A DNA stretch of 56,467 nucleotides from Candidatus Nomurabacteria bacterium. GTDB lineage: Bacteria; Patescibacteriota; Patescibacteriia; Magasanikbacterales; UBA922. This document shows, piece after piece, positions 19,117-28,580 of this stretch (position 1 is its first letter; each line of letters opens with the position of its first letter). Below the pieces are notes generated by a model, which saw only the letters and a program-made list of their open reading frames with translations, was not told the origin of the DNA and made no database searches. The DNA is taken from the NCBI GenBank assembly GCA_020632445.1, contig JACKFN010000006.1, positions 1 to 56,467 on the forward strand. The letters are read 5' to 3'. The translations under genes were made by a program, and so were the position numbers.

Positions 19117-19833
19117 TTAGAGTTTAAGTTGCGCACCGATATCATAAGAAAATGAGACCGGAAGGGTTACATAGCGATCCTTTCGAAAAGAAAGCTTATT
19201 CCAGGTTTGCATGTCGGCAATATGCCTTCTCCTACCATTTTCCAAAACATACAAATCCGGTCGATCTTGGTATTTTAGGATCATACCATCAGGATGGCTG
19301 TCACCACTTCCAAGCGTACCAGCAAATGCCAATTTTTCAAGTACCCTGATATCAACGTCTTCTATCCAATTCCACTCAAAACCGAGCCTACTGAAATTTT
19401 CAGCATCAGCAATCGCATAGCGTTTCCCTTTGAGTACTAAATATACTCGAGGGTCGTCGACTGACTTAAACAAGCTTCCGTCGATTGGTGCATATTGTGG
19501 CCCCCAAGGAAGAAAACCAAGTGGGTGATCCGCAATGGCACGCAATCTCGCAGCAGTCGTCACCTGTACCGCACTCCAGTTATTAAAGTACGAAAAGTAA
19601 ATCGATGCATTCTTGATAGGCCGTTTCATACAGTCACTGGAAATATAGTACACTGATGAGCTTTCTGGTGACTTGTATGGGGTTTCTTTGCTCAAACTGC
19701 AGGCAACTTCTTTATCGACAGAGATAAATTCTTCTCCGGTCTCAATACGAAGTGTATCCGTTGATCCTTGCTCAATGGCAATTGCCGGTGACACCACCAA
19801 AAGGCTAAGCAAGAGAAAGAAAAAATACTTCAT
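19117..19833 (-). CDS. secreted hypothetical protein
   Basis: Signal peptide MKYFFFLLLSLLVVSPAIA. The ATG overlaps the tsaC stop (ATGA). Confidence 0.65.
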   Translation of the reverse strand: MKYFFFLLLSLLVVSPAIAIEQGSTDTLRIETGEEFISVDKEVACSLSKETPYKSPESSSVYYISSDCMKRPIKNASIYFSYFNNWSAVQVTTAARLRAIADHPLGFLPWGPQYAPIDGSLFKSVDDPRVYLVLKGKRYAIADAENFSRLGFEWNWIEDVDIRVLEKLAFAGTLGSGDSHPDGMILKYQDRPDLYVLENGRRRHIADMQTWNKLSFRKDRYVTLPVSFSYDIGAQLKL

Positions 19834-20444
19834 ATGACTATTTCTGGTATAATTATTTCTCCCTGACGCAATATGTGTACGTCTGGGGTAACTTTAACAA
19901 TGGTAGAAGGAAGCTTTTCCGGGAGCACTCCTCCATCTATCATTATATCAGGTTTTTTCACTTCTTGCTCAAATTGCGCTTTTACATCCACAATACTGTA
20001 AGCACTCTTTCCCCCAAAAATATTGGCTGAGGTTGCAACCAGTGGCACCTGTAAATGCTCCATCAATTTCTGAACAAAAGGATGCTTTGATATCCGAAAG
20101 GCTATGGTCCCGTCACGTGCAAGGACGCCCTCTGGCAGAGAAATATCGGGAAGTGCCTTTGCAACAATCGAAAGTGGTCCGGGCCAATACATCTGTGCAA
20201 GCGTATCAATCTGGGGCGTCCACGCAACATAGTCCCTAGCCATTTCTTGATCTTTCATGACAACCAGCACGCTTTTTGTTTTTTGTTTTTTCTTTATTTC
20301 AAAAATTTTCTCAACAGCATCTGTGCTGGTAGCATCAGAGCCCAAGCAATAACAAGTCTCCGTGGGGAATACGAGAGTCGCTCCACCGGCAATTTGTCGA
20401 GCTATGCCTGGTATGTCAACATTTTCTTCTTGGATTACTTGCAT
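19830..20444 (-). CDS. tsaC: L-threonylcarbamoyladenylate synthase (YrdC/Sua5 family)
   Basis: FPTETCYCLGSDAT and PLVATSANIFGGKS match the YrdC-domain signatures. Confidence 0.8.
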   Translation of the reverse strand: MQVIQEENVDIPGIARQIAGGATLVFPTETCYCLGSDATSTDAVEKIFEIKKKQKTKSVLVVMKDQEMARDYVAWTPQIDTLAQMYWPGPLSIVAKALPDISLPEGVLARDGTIAFRISKHPFVQKLMEHLQVPLVATSANIFGGKSAYSIVDVKAQFEQEVKKPDIMIDGGVLPEKLPSTIVKVTPDVHILRQGEIIIPEIVI

Positions 20445-20484
20445 GCGAGTAATTTATCAATCATGGCACTAACGTTTTGATACA

Positions 20485-21582
20485 TTAGGGTGTAGACTTA
20501 AGATACTTCAAATAGCTTTCTATAAATGGCATGAGATCTCCATCGAGTACGGGATCCGGCTCCTTGGTTTCATGACGAGTGCGAACATCTTTGATCATTT
20601 TGTAAGGATGAAGCACGTACGAACGTATTTGGTTTCCCCACTCTGCTGATTTGTGCTCTCCCTTGAGTTTCTGCTGTTTTTCAAGTTCTTCTTGTTCTTT
20701 GAGCAACATCAGCCTGCTGCGCAATACTTTCATGGCCGTTTCTTTATTTTGCAGCTGTGAACGTTCATTTTGACACTGCACGGTGATGCCTGTAGGAATA
20801 TGTACAATGCGCACAGCTGAATACGTGGTGTTGACGCTTTGCCCACCCTTTCCTCCTGACATAAACGTATCGACACGCAAATCCTTATCTTCAATTTTTA
20901 TATCCGTATCAGACTCAATTTCTGGTATAACTTCTATCCCGGCAAACGATGTATGCCGCATACTTTCTGCATCAAATGGTGAAATTCGCACCAGACGATG
21001 TGTCCCATGTTCCGACTTGAGGTAACCATACGCATAACGGCCAGAAATGCGCATGGTGGCAGACTTGATGCCTGCCTCACCGCCAAGTGACTCATCCAAA
21101 ACCTCCACTTTCCACCCCTGCTTTTCAGCAAAACGCACAATCATACGCATAAGCATTTGCGCCCAATCCTGCGCTTCGGTTCCACCGCTTCCTGCATGGA
21201 AGGAGACAAGTGCGTTGCATACATCGTACTTTCCATCCATGAGCGCCCAAAACTCCATCTTTTGGTATGTTTTTTCGCATTGTCCCAGCCCTTCTTCCAG
21301 TTCTCGTGTCAGCTCATCCCCCTGCTCCATCTGACCAAGTTCAATCATGTCTGCTACATTTTGTTGCAGGTCCTCAAAATCCTTCACCTCTGTTTCCAAA
21401 TCGGCAAGCTCTTTGCTTACTTTTGCGGCTGTTTGTGGGTTGTCCCAAAAACCAGGCGATGTGGCCTTCTTCTTGAGAGAGGCTATATCTTCCTTTTTTT
21501 GACTGATTCTAAGAATTTCGCTCAGTTGAACCAATTTTGTGTTCAACTCATCGAGTTGTCTCAGTAGTGCGCTGCTTTCCAT
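20485..21582 (-). CDS. prfB: peptide chain release factor 2 (single uninterrupted frame)
   Basis: SPF tripeptide (RISPFD) and GGQ (GGKGGQSVN). Colinear with E. coli RF2. No internal in-frame stop or +1 frameshift site. Confidence 0.95.
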   Translation of the reverse strand: MESSALLRQLDELNTKLVQLSEILRISQKKEDIASLKKKATSPGFWDNPQTAAKVSKELADLETEVKDFEDLQQNVADMIELGQMEQGDELTRELEEGLGQCEKTYQKMEFWALMDGKYDVCNALVSFHAGSGGTEAQDWAQMLMRMIVRFAEKQGWKVEVLDESLGGEAGIKSATMRISGRYAYGYLKSEHGTHRLVRISPFDAESMRHTSFAGIEVIPEIESDTDIKIEDKDLRVDTFMSGGKGGQSVNTTYSAVRIVHIPTGITVQCQNERSQLQNKETAMKVLRSRLMLLKEQEELEKQQKLKGEHKSAEWGNQIRSYVLHPYKMIKDVRTRHETKEPDPVLDGDLMPFIESYLKYLKSTP

Positions 21583-21669
21583 ATGCTTTCACTATAGCCT
21601 AAAATTAGAGGAATATCAAGGGGATACCACAGACATGCCAAACGCACATATACACCCCCTCTTGATGAC

Positions 21670-21698
21670 TTGACCTCTTTTTTATTTCTGTGTAAAAT
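21670..21698 (+). promoter_or_regulatory. promoter of candidate small RNA
   Basis: TTGACC (21670-21675), 17 nt, TAAAAT (21693-21698). Confidence 0.55.
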
Positions 21699-21704
21699 AC
21701 TGTC

Positions 21705-21842
21705 GACCGAGGGAAAGAGGTCGGGCCAACAAACCGGGACCTGTACCCGTGACCAAATGCCAGCTCACCGCGAGTGAGACGCTAGCGGCCACGCTCTTCA
21801 GAACCCACCTGCCTACCGGTGACCTCTCCCTCCCTCGGTCCC
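21705..21842 (+). ncRNA. GC-rich structured small RNA of unknown class (6S-like rod/bubble architecture; RNase P CR-I/CR-V-like motifs)
   Basis: A GC-rich patch of about 140 nt in AT-rich intergenic DNA, bounded by a promoter and a terminator. The ends pair (GACCGAGGG 21705-21713 with CCCTCGGTC 21832-21840), extendable to about 16 bp. The apical hairpin is ctcac-cgcga-gtgag. No ORF is present. The strand is inferred from the promoter. Confidence 0.55.
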
Positions 21843-21844
21843 AT

Positions 21845-21876
21845 AAAAAAACGCCTTATTCCTAAGGCGTTTTTTG
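21845..21876. terminator. bidirectional intrinsic terminator (small RNA on +, exosortase gene on -)
   Basis: aaaaaaa-acgcctta-ttcc-taaggcgt-ttttt: an 8-bp stem that overlaps the last codons of the 21862 gene. Confidence 0.75.
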
Positions 21877-22803
21877 TTTGGCATTTCTGGAATCAAGCAT
21901 TCGTTTCCATACAAACGAAACATACGCTATGAAAAACAGTATAAGGAGTATCGCACCAATATTATTATGAAACAAATTTACCGCGAATTCAGGATCATAG
22001 TACGCACCGACCAAGAGGATCAAAAGTACTCTTATGCTATTAACCACGAAAACGAGGAGTAAACCCACAATGAAACTCACAACAACCCTCCAAGTGATAA
22101 ACCGATACCCTTTTTGTGATCCCATGAGTAAAAGTGTAGTAAAAAGCACAGTAAAAGCCAAAAGTGAGTGTATGCCCGCGCAGGGTGGACCAATATACGC
22201 GCTAAAGTTCTGTACTTGGACATTGAACGTCTCAAATCTCATCGTATGCTCAATATGAAAAAGACTAAACATGAGTTTTAAACCATACATGGTAACGAGC
22301 GAGGAGTACTCCCAAAAGTAATCAATGAGAATTGGTGCTAAAACAAACGGAATCAAAATCAACAACAAAATGCTAAGCTCTGTCTTAAACTGTACAAAAA
22401 ATTTTCTCCCAAATATCCCCAGAAGTACAAAAATACTTCCGATAAGTAAGACAATATATTCGGCAAATATAAGATCGACGTCATTTTCTAGAAATCCAAT
22501 CTTTTTTATAGGGAGAAAAAAGAACAATGCCCCAAAAAGTAAAAAGATTATGTTGTATGTTGTCTTTTCAGTTTTGCAATGTTGCTGAATTTTTTGAAAA
22601 AAGAAGAGAAAAAAAGCGGTCAGAAGAACAAAAGGTAAGTAGGTAACAAACCCATCAGAAATTTGAAGCTTGTACCCATAATACCTCTGCGTATACCAAA
22701 AATGCACAAAAGACAATACAAATGGCACAATCACAGCAAAAACACAGCGAGAGAGGACTCGCCGTGTTAATTTGCTTCTCAAGTCAATGGCAAGACGTTT
22801 CAT
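21862..22803 (-). CDS. exosortase/archaeosortase-family transpeptidase (polytopic membrane protein)
   Basis: Multi-TM protein. It has the three family signatures in order: Cys motif IGPPCAGIHSL, Asn/Arg motif VNSIRVL, and His motif LFHNNIG. Confidence 0.7.
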   Translation of the reverse strand: MKRLAIDLRSKLTRRVLSRCVFAVIVPFVLSFVHFWYTQRYYGYKLQISDGFVTYLPFVLLTAFFLFFFQKIQQHCKTEKTTYNIIFLLFGALFFFLPIKKIGFLENDVDLIFAEYIVLLIGSIFVLLGIFGRKFFVQFKTELSILLLILIPFVLAPILIDYFWEYSSLVTMYGLKLMFSLFHIEHTMRFETFNVQVQNFSAYIGPPCAGIHSLLAFTVLFTTLLLMGSQKGYRFITWRVVVSFIVGLLLVFVVNSIRVLLILLVGAYYDPEFAVNLFHNNIGAILLILFFIAYVSFVWKRMLDSRNAKQKTP

Positions 22804-22811
22804 GTTTGCTG

Positions 22812-23477
22812 TTACCCAGAACTGCCAAATGCTGTTCCATCCATTCCACTATCCCTATTTTGCTTCAAAAATACTAACATATATCCTACAAGAATTGCCA
22901 TCACCATGACGTACACAATATCTTGAAACTCCGGTACCCCACTACTCGCTGTTTTCAAAGAAATTTGGTCGATATCGTGTGAGCCCGTCATGGTATTACA
23001 TCCCATATCACACATAACAACACGAACATAATAGTGGGCCGATGCATCAGTATTTACCTGAGTGGTCGCCCAATCACCCGGAGCCGTAAAACTCAATGTC
23101 ACTATTCCAGTTGCATTAAAAGCCCCAGAGTCGTTAGTTACGGAAAGCGACGACCAAGATGATCCATCCCAATATTCAAAATCCGTAGAAGAAATCGACC
23201 AAGAAGAATCGTGTGTCTCTGCAGAAATATACATGTAGATCTTATCAAACTTTGCGGCTCCACCAAAATATATCTCCCAACCTCCACCACTTGGCCATGA
23301 CACATCAGCTGCCGTTGCGCTATTGGCATCCGTGGTATCATCAACCCAATCAAGTATATCGTATGTCCAATACGAACTAAGATCTGCATCTGCACCACTT
23401 ATCGGAGTGGCAAAGACATTTATCGGTCCCAAAAGCAGAATAAGCGAAAAAATGGCTGCAAAAATTTTTCTACACAT
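22812..23477 (-). CDS. secreted protein with PEF-CTERM-type sorting signal (putative exosortase substrate)
   Basis: Signal peptide MCRKIFAAIFSLILLLGPINVFA. The C-terminus is GVPEF + TM (IVYVMVMAILVGYMLVFL) + KQNR. Confidence 0.7.
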   Translation of the reverse strand: MCRKIFAAIFSLILLLGPINVFATPISGADADLSSYWTYDILDWVDDTTDANSATAADVSWPSGGGWEIYFGGAAKFDKIYMYISAETHDSSWSISSTDFEYWDGSSWSSLSVTNDSGAFNATGIVTLSFTAPGDWATTQVNTDASAHYYVRVVMCDMGCNTMTGSHDIDQISLKTASSGVPEFQDIVYVMVMAILVGYMLVFLKQNRDSGMDGTAFGSSG

Positions 23478-23499
23478 ATGTTTAAAATGAGTTTACATA

Positions 23500-23508
23500 A
23501 TTATACCA
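23500..23508 (-). promoter_or_regulatory. extended -10 element upstream of the PEF-CTERM gene
   Basis: Minus strand reads TGgTATAAT, 22 nt upstream of ATG 23477. The -35 would overlap the groEL terminator T-run. Confidence 0.4.
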
Positions 23509-23513
23509 GTTTG

Positions 23514-23546
23514 CCCAAAAAAAAGAAACTCCATTTATGGAGTTTC
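23514..23546 (-). terminator. intrinsic terminator after groEL
   Basis: Minus strand reads ggaaactcca-taaa-tggagtttc followed by tttttttt: a 9-bp stem. Confidence 0.75.
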
Positions 23547-23567
23547 CTTTCTAATATATACGCGTAT

Positions 23568-25519
<1,952 letters not shown>

Positions 25520-25557
25520 ATAGGCTATGTATGATTACATTATTTTTCTGAATAAAT

Positions 25558-25584
25558 TTATCACTCACTTATACCGAGTGATAA
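25558..25584. promoter_or_regulatory. CIRCE-like operator (TTATCACTC-N9-GAGTGATAA)
   Basis: Perfect 9-bp inverted repeat with a 9-nt spacer. It differs from the TTAGCACTC-N9-GAGTGCTAA consensus at one mirrored position. It sits between the -10 and the groES ATG. Confidence 0.7.
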
Positions 25585-25593
25585 TCTAATGGT

Positions 25594-25621
25594 ATTTTAC
25601 CGAAACAGTATTATATGTCAA
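25594..25621 (-). promoter_or_regulatory. groES-groEL promoter
   Basis: Minus strand reads TTGACA (25621-25616), 16 nt, TAAAAT (25599-25594). Confidence 0.6.
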
Positions 25622-26069
25622 GGGGTGGTTTTTCCACAGTTTTTTTGCGGATCTTCCACCTTTTGTGGATAAGATAAGCTATGTTTACTACCAAAGCAAA
25701 CCCAATGATACTAAGTGTGCTATTGAGCGCGCCTACAAGATAGGTCCTGTCACCACAGTAATTGTCCAGATCCGTCTGGCTACAGCGTGGATACATGAAA
25801 AAAAGCACGGGAATAGCCAGGTACAGCAACGCTGACTGTCTGAAATGGTCCTTCCAACCAATAGACTGATTTTTCTCTATATGCTGCATTATTCTGTTTG
25901 CTATGACAAATATCACCACAGCATATACCCCCACCAAGGTTATAAGCGCACCATCGCTAAAATATCTCAAAAATGCAGTACAAACGACCAATACAAAAAC
26001 TCCTGCTACAGAGAAAAGGTGCATTATCGGTGAATACCATTTTGACATATGCTGAGTGTGCTTCTTCAA
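25611..26069 (-). CDS. hypothetical 4-TM membrane protein
   Basis: ORF with four hydrophobic segments. The start is uncertain: TTG at 26069 or ATG at 26048. Confidence 0.55.
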   Translation of the reverse strand: MKKHTQHMSKWYSPIMHLFSVAGVFVLVVCTAFLRYFSDGALITLVGVYAVVIFVIANRIMQHIEKNQSIGWKDHFRQSALLYLAIPVLFFMYPRCSQTDLDNYCGDRTYLVGALNSTLSIIGFALVVNIAYLIHKRWKIRKKTVEKPPLDI

Positions 26070-26075
26070 AAGGAT

Positions 26076-26197
26076 AAAAAAAGCCTTGAGAGTACGATAA
26101 GCCCAAAATGCCGTCTACTATGAGATACTGTGATGCCTGTCAGTAACACAATATCGAGTAGCGAGCATTTCGAGCCAATGGTGCCCTCAAGGCTGCA
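26076..26197 (-). ncRNA. candidate ~120-nt rod-shaped small RNA or terminator-type leader
   Basis: A consensus promoter lies just upstream. The ends pair as GCCUUGAG/CUCAAGGC (26193-26186 with 26090-26083), followed directly by U7 (26082-26076). Several internal complementary blocks exist. No ORF is present. Confidence 0.5.
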
Positions 26198-26203
26198 AGC
26201 TGC

Positions 26204-26232
26204 ATCTTACTCCGCCGCCACAATCTTGTCAA
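26204..26232 (-). promoter_or_regulatory. promoter of the 26.1-kb candidate RNA
   Basis: Minus strand reads TTGACA (26232-26227), 17 nt, TAAGAT (26209-26204). Confidence 0.6.
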
Positions 26233-26240
26233 GAAAAAAG

Positions 26241-27524
26241 CTATTTTTTTGCTAAAATAGGAGCTTTTTCTATGCTCGGCTGAAAAATCGTCCCGATCAA
26301 AATCCCCACAAGCAAAAGCCCAACATGCGATGTATACAAATAGTGATCAAACAGAAATGGTGGAGCAAGTGCAAAGAGGTACCAAAGCCCTTTGGTGTTT
26401 CCAAACCACAAAAACAACGCCAATATACCCCAAAGCAAGAGGAAGAAACCAAGCAAACCAAGCTCGGCAATAACGAGCAGAGCAGTGTTGTGCACAGGTT
26501 GAAGGGAATACACTGATCTGCCTGGGTCTATTGCCAATAACTGCTGTGTATAGTTTCCTCCCCCGCTACCAAGTAATACGCGCGACTGAAGAATTTCTTT
26601 CACTTCTTGAAGCCCGGTAAGTCGGTATTCCACAGAAGCTGCTTCAATGTGCCCCGCAGACATGAGACGAGACTTTGCCAGTGGCGCACAGAGTACTATA
26701 AGCAAAAAGAAGATCATCAAATTGAGAAAAACATACTTCTGTGCTTGCTTATCAAGTGCAACAGCAACAAGACTTGCTAGCATCAAACCAATCCACGCAC
26801 TGCGGCTAAAACTGAAAAATAAGCCGAACGTAAGAACAAAAACCGCGGTAATACAAAGTTTTTTTGAGTTGTCATTTTTTTTGTGGAGAAAAAAGAACGC
26901 TACAATGATGGCCACAAGCATATACCCTCCAAAAATGTTTGGATGAGCAAATGACCCATAACTTCTCAAAAATCGACCAACCATAGGATGCTCGACAACG
27001 ATCGTGCCTGACGCAGACGAGTCATACTGCGTAAGTCCAAGCCATCTGGAATCAAACGTCTGCTGAAAAGCAAACTGAGCCAGTGCAAGAAACGCAACCA
27101 GTACTGCTCCCCCTACAAACCACTGACACAGCCGGTGTCTATCAATTCTATCTGAAATGAATATTACAAAAAGCAAAAGACTTTGCATTATCCAAAGCGC
27201 GTGTTGCGACGCTATAGATGCATCGTGTGACCAAAACATCGAAGCAAGTGCATATATCACAAATACAAGCGCCGCCAGAAAAAAATGCCTATCTTTACTC
27301 CATTGAAAATGGAGTTGGTTGGTTGTCCTCTGTCTTAAAAAAATACGCAAAGTATCGAAAAAGAAAAGAAAAATCCCCAACCACAAAAGTATCTGTGTGG
27401 CATAAATCCCGAGTGTTGCCCACTGCCATTTTTCTCCTTGGATAAAAATCTCACGAGTAATATAAATAGTCTGCCAAGGCAAAAGAAAGACAAAGGCGTT
27501 AAAGATTTTTTGTTGCAGATTCAT
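26241..27524 (-). CDS. O-antigen ligase/polymerase-like (Wzy_C family) membrane protein
   Basis: Polytopic membrane protein. FSFSRSAWIGLMLA matches the O-antigen-ligase domain signature. Confidence 0.7.
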   Translation of the reverse strand: MNLQQKIFNAFVFLLPWQTIYITREIFIQGEKWQWATLGIYATQILLWLGIFLFFFDTLRIFLRQRTTNQLHFQWSKDRHFFLAALVFVIYALASMFWSHDASIASQHALWIMQSLLLFVIFISDRIDRHRLCQWFVGGAVLVAFLALAQFAFQQTFDSRWLGLTQYDSSASGTIVVEHPMVGRFLRSYGSFAHPNIFGGYMLVAIIVAFFFLHKKNDNSKKLCITAVFVLTFGLFFSFSRSAWIGLMLASLVAVALDKQAQKYVFLNLMIFFLLIVLCAPLAKSRLMSAGHIEAASVEYRLTGLQEVKEILQSRVLLGSGGGNYTQQLLAIDPGRSVYSLQPVHNTALLVIAELGLLGFFLLLWGILALFLWFGNTKGLWYLFALAPPFLFDHYLYTSHVGLLLVGILIGTIFQPSIEKAPILAKK

Positions 27525-27581
27525 ATATGGTAGGACAAGATGTAGATATATGATATAATACCTGTATTATACACCTTTTTT

Positions 27582-28580
27582 ATGTTTAAAAAAGCAGTAC
27601 GTGATGATTTGAATTTCCTGTTCATGCTTGGGCTTGTCTGCATGCTGATGCTTTTTGGTATTATCTTACTCGTAAGTGAAAAAGAGAATTCAACTGATCG
27701 CAGCACAACCGATCATGTGCCGGAGAGCTCCACCGAATCGTCCTTGGATCGGGACGCACAAACCAAGCAAAAAAACAAAACCCTTCCTGCACGAGTATCT
27801 ATCACTCCGTCTTCAGAAAACGAACTACCGGGGCCTGAATACATTGATGAGGACGGATGGAAGCTTGCTTATGCAAATACCCATGATGCAGGGCGCAAAT
27901 CACAAGATGTGGTTGCCTACCCTCCTGATGCAAGACTGCAAACCAAGCAAATTGATGAAGATGACATACCAAAACTCGTACGCAATGTCATGGATTTTGA
28001 ATTCTTCCCTGGATACCCAACTTATATACTTAATGAAGAAGGCTTGCCAGAAAGAAATAGAACTCTAAGCTTTTTTCCCTATGATAACTTAGCAATGTGG
28101 TATAGCTATGTTGAAAAAACGCAAACAGCACAGGTAAAATTTTTCGATACACAAAAGCGAAAAGAAATCTCCTCATTTTTGGTTACTTACCATAATGAGG
28201 AATCCATGTTTTCGATAGATGACCTCTACGAAAATCAACTTATTGCTTTTGGTGACGGGCAGGTATTTGATATACAAACAGGCAAACGCGTTTTTGACAA
28301 AGACTGCTCGTATTCTTTCAGGAAAGTTGATGAGAAAGTGCTAGCTGTCATGTCTTGTGGATCCGAGATATTTGTGTACAATACAGAAAATTGGAAACCT
28401 CTTACTGATAACATTTGCCCAGGCAATTGTACCCGTGCCGATTTCTCTGAAGAAGGCATCATCAATTTCTGCGACTTTGGAAGTGAACCACCAGACATAG
28501 GTTCAGACAAATTTTCCATGGAGCTCGATGGCAGTAATGTCCAAAAACTTGAAGGAGAATACTGCTACTTTGGTTGGTAA
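27582..28580 (+). CDS. hypothetical membrane-anchored protein
   Basis: ATG 27582 lies 22 nt after a TATAAT. One N-terminal TM segment (FLFMLGLVCMLMLFGIILLV). I recognise no motif. Native AT-rich composition. Confidence 0.55.
   Translation: MFKKAVRDDLNFLFMLGLVCMLMLFGIILLVSEKENSTDRSTTDHVPESSTESSLDRDAQTKQKNKTLPARVSITPSSENELPGPEYIDEDGWKLAYANTHDAGRKSQDVVAYPPDARLQTKQIDEDDIPKLVRNVMDFEFFPGYPTYILNEEGLPERNRTLSFFPYDNLAMWYSYVEKTQTAQVKFFDTQKRKEISSFLVTYHNEESMFSIDDLYENQLIAFGDGQVFDIQTGKRVFDKDCSYSFRKVDEKVLAVMSCGSEIFVYNTENWKPLTDNICPGNCTRADFSEEGIINFCDFGSEPPDIGSDKFSMELDGSNVQKLEGEYCYFGW

Noticed and set aside
21705-21842. Identity of either candidate RNA (21.7 kb or 26.1 kb) as SRP (4.5S) RNA, 5S rRNA or tRNA.
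   Set aside because: The near-universal SRP helix-8 block GGAAGGAAGCAGC, with its GNAR tetraloop, is absent on both strands. No 5S or tRNA T-loop signature (GGTTCGAAT-like) is present.
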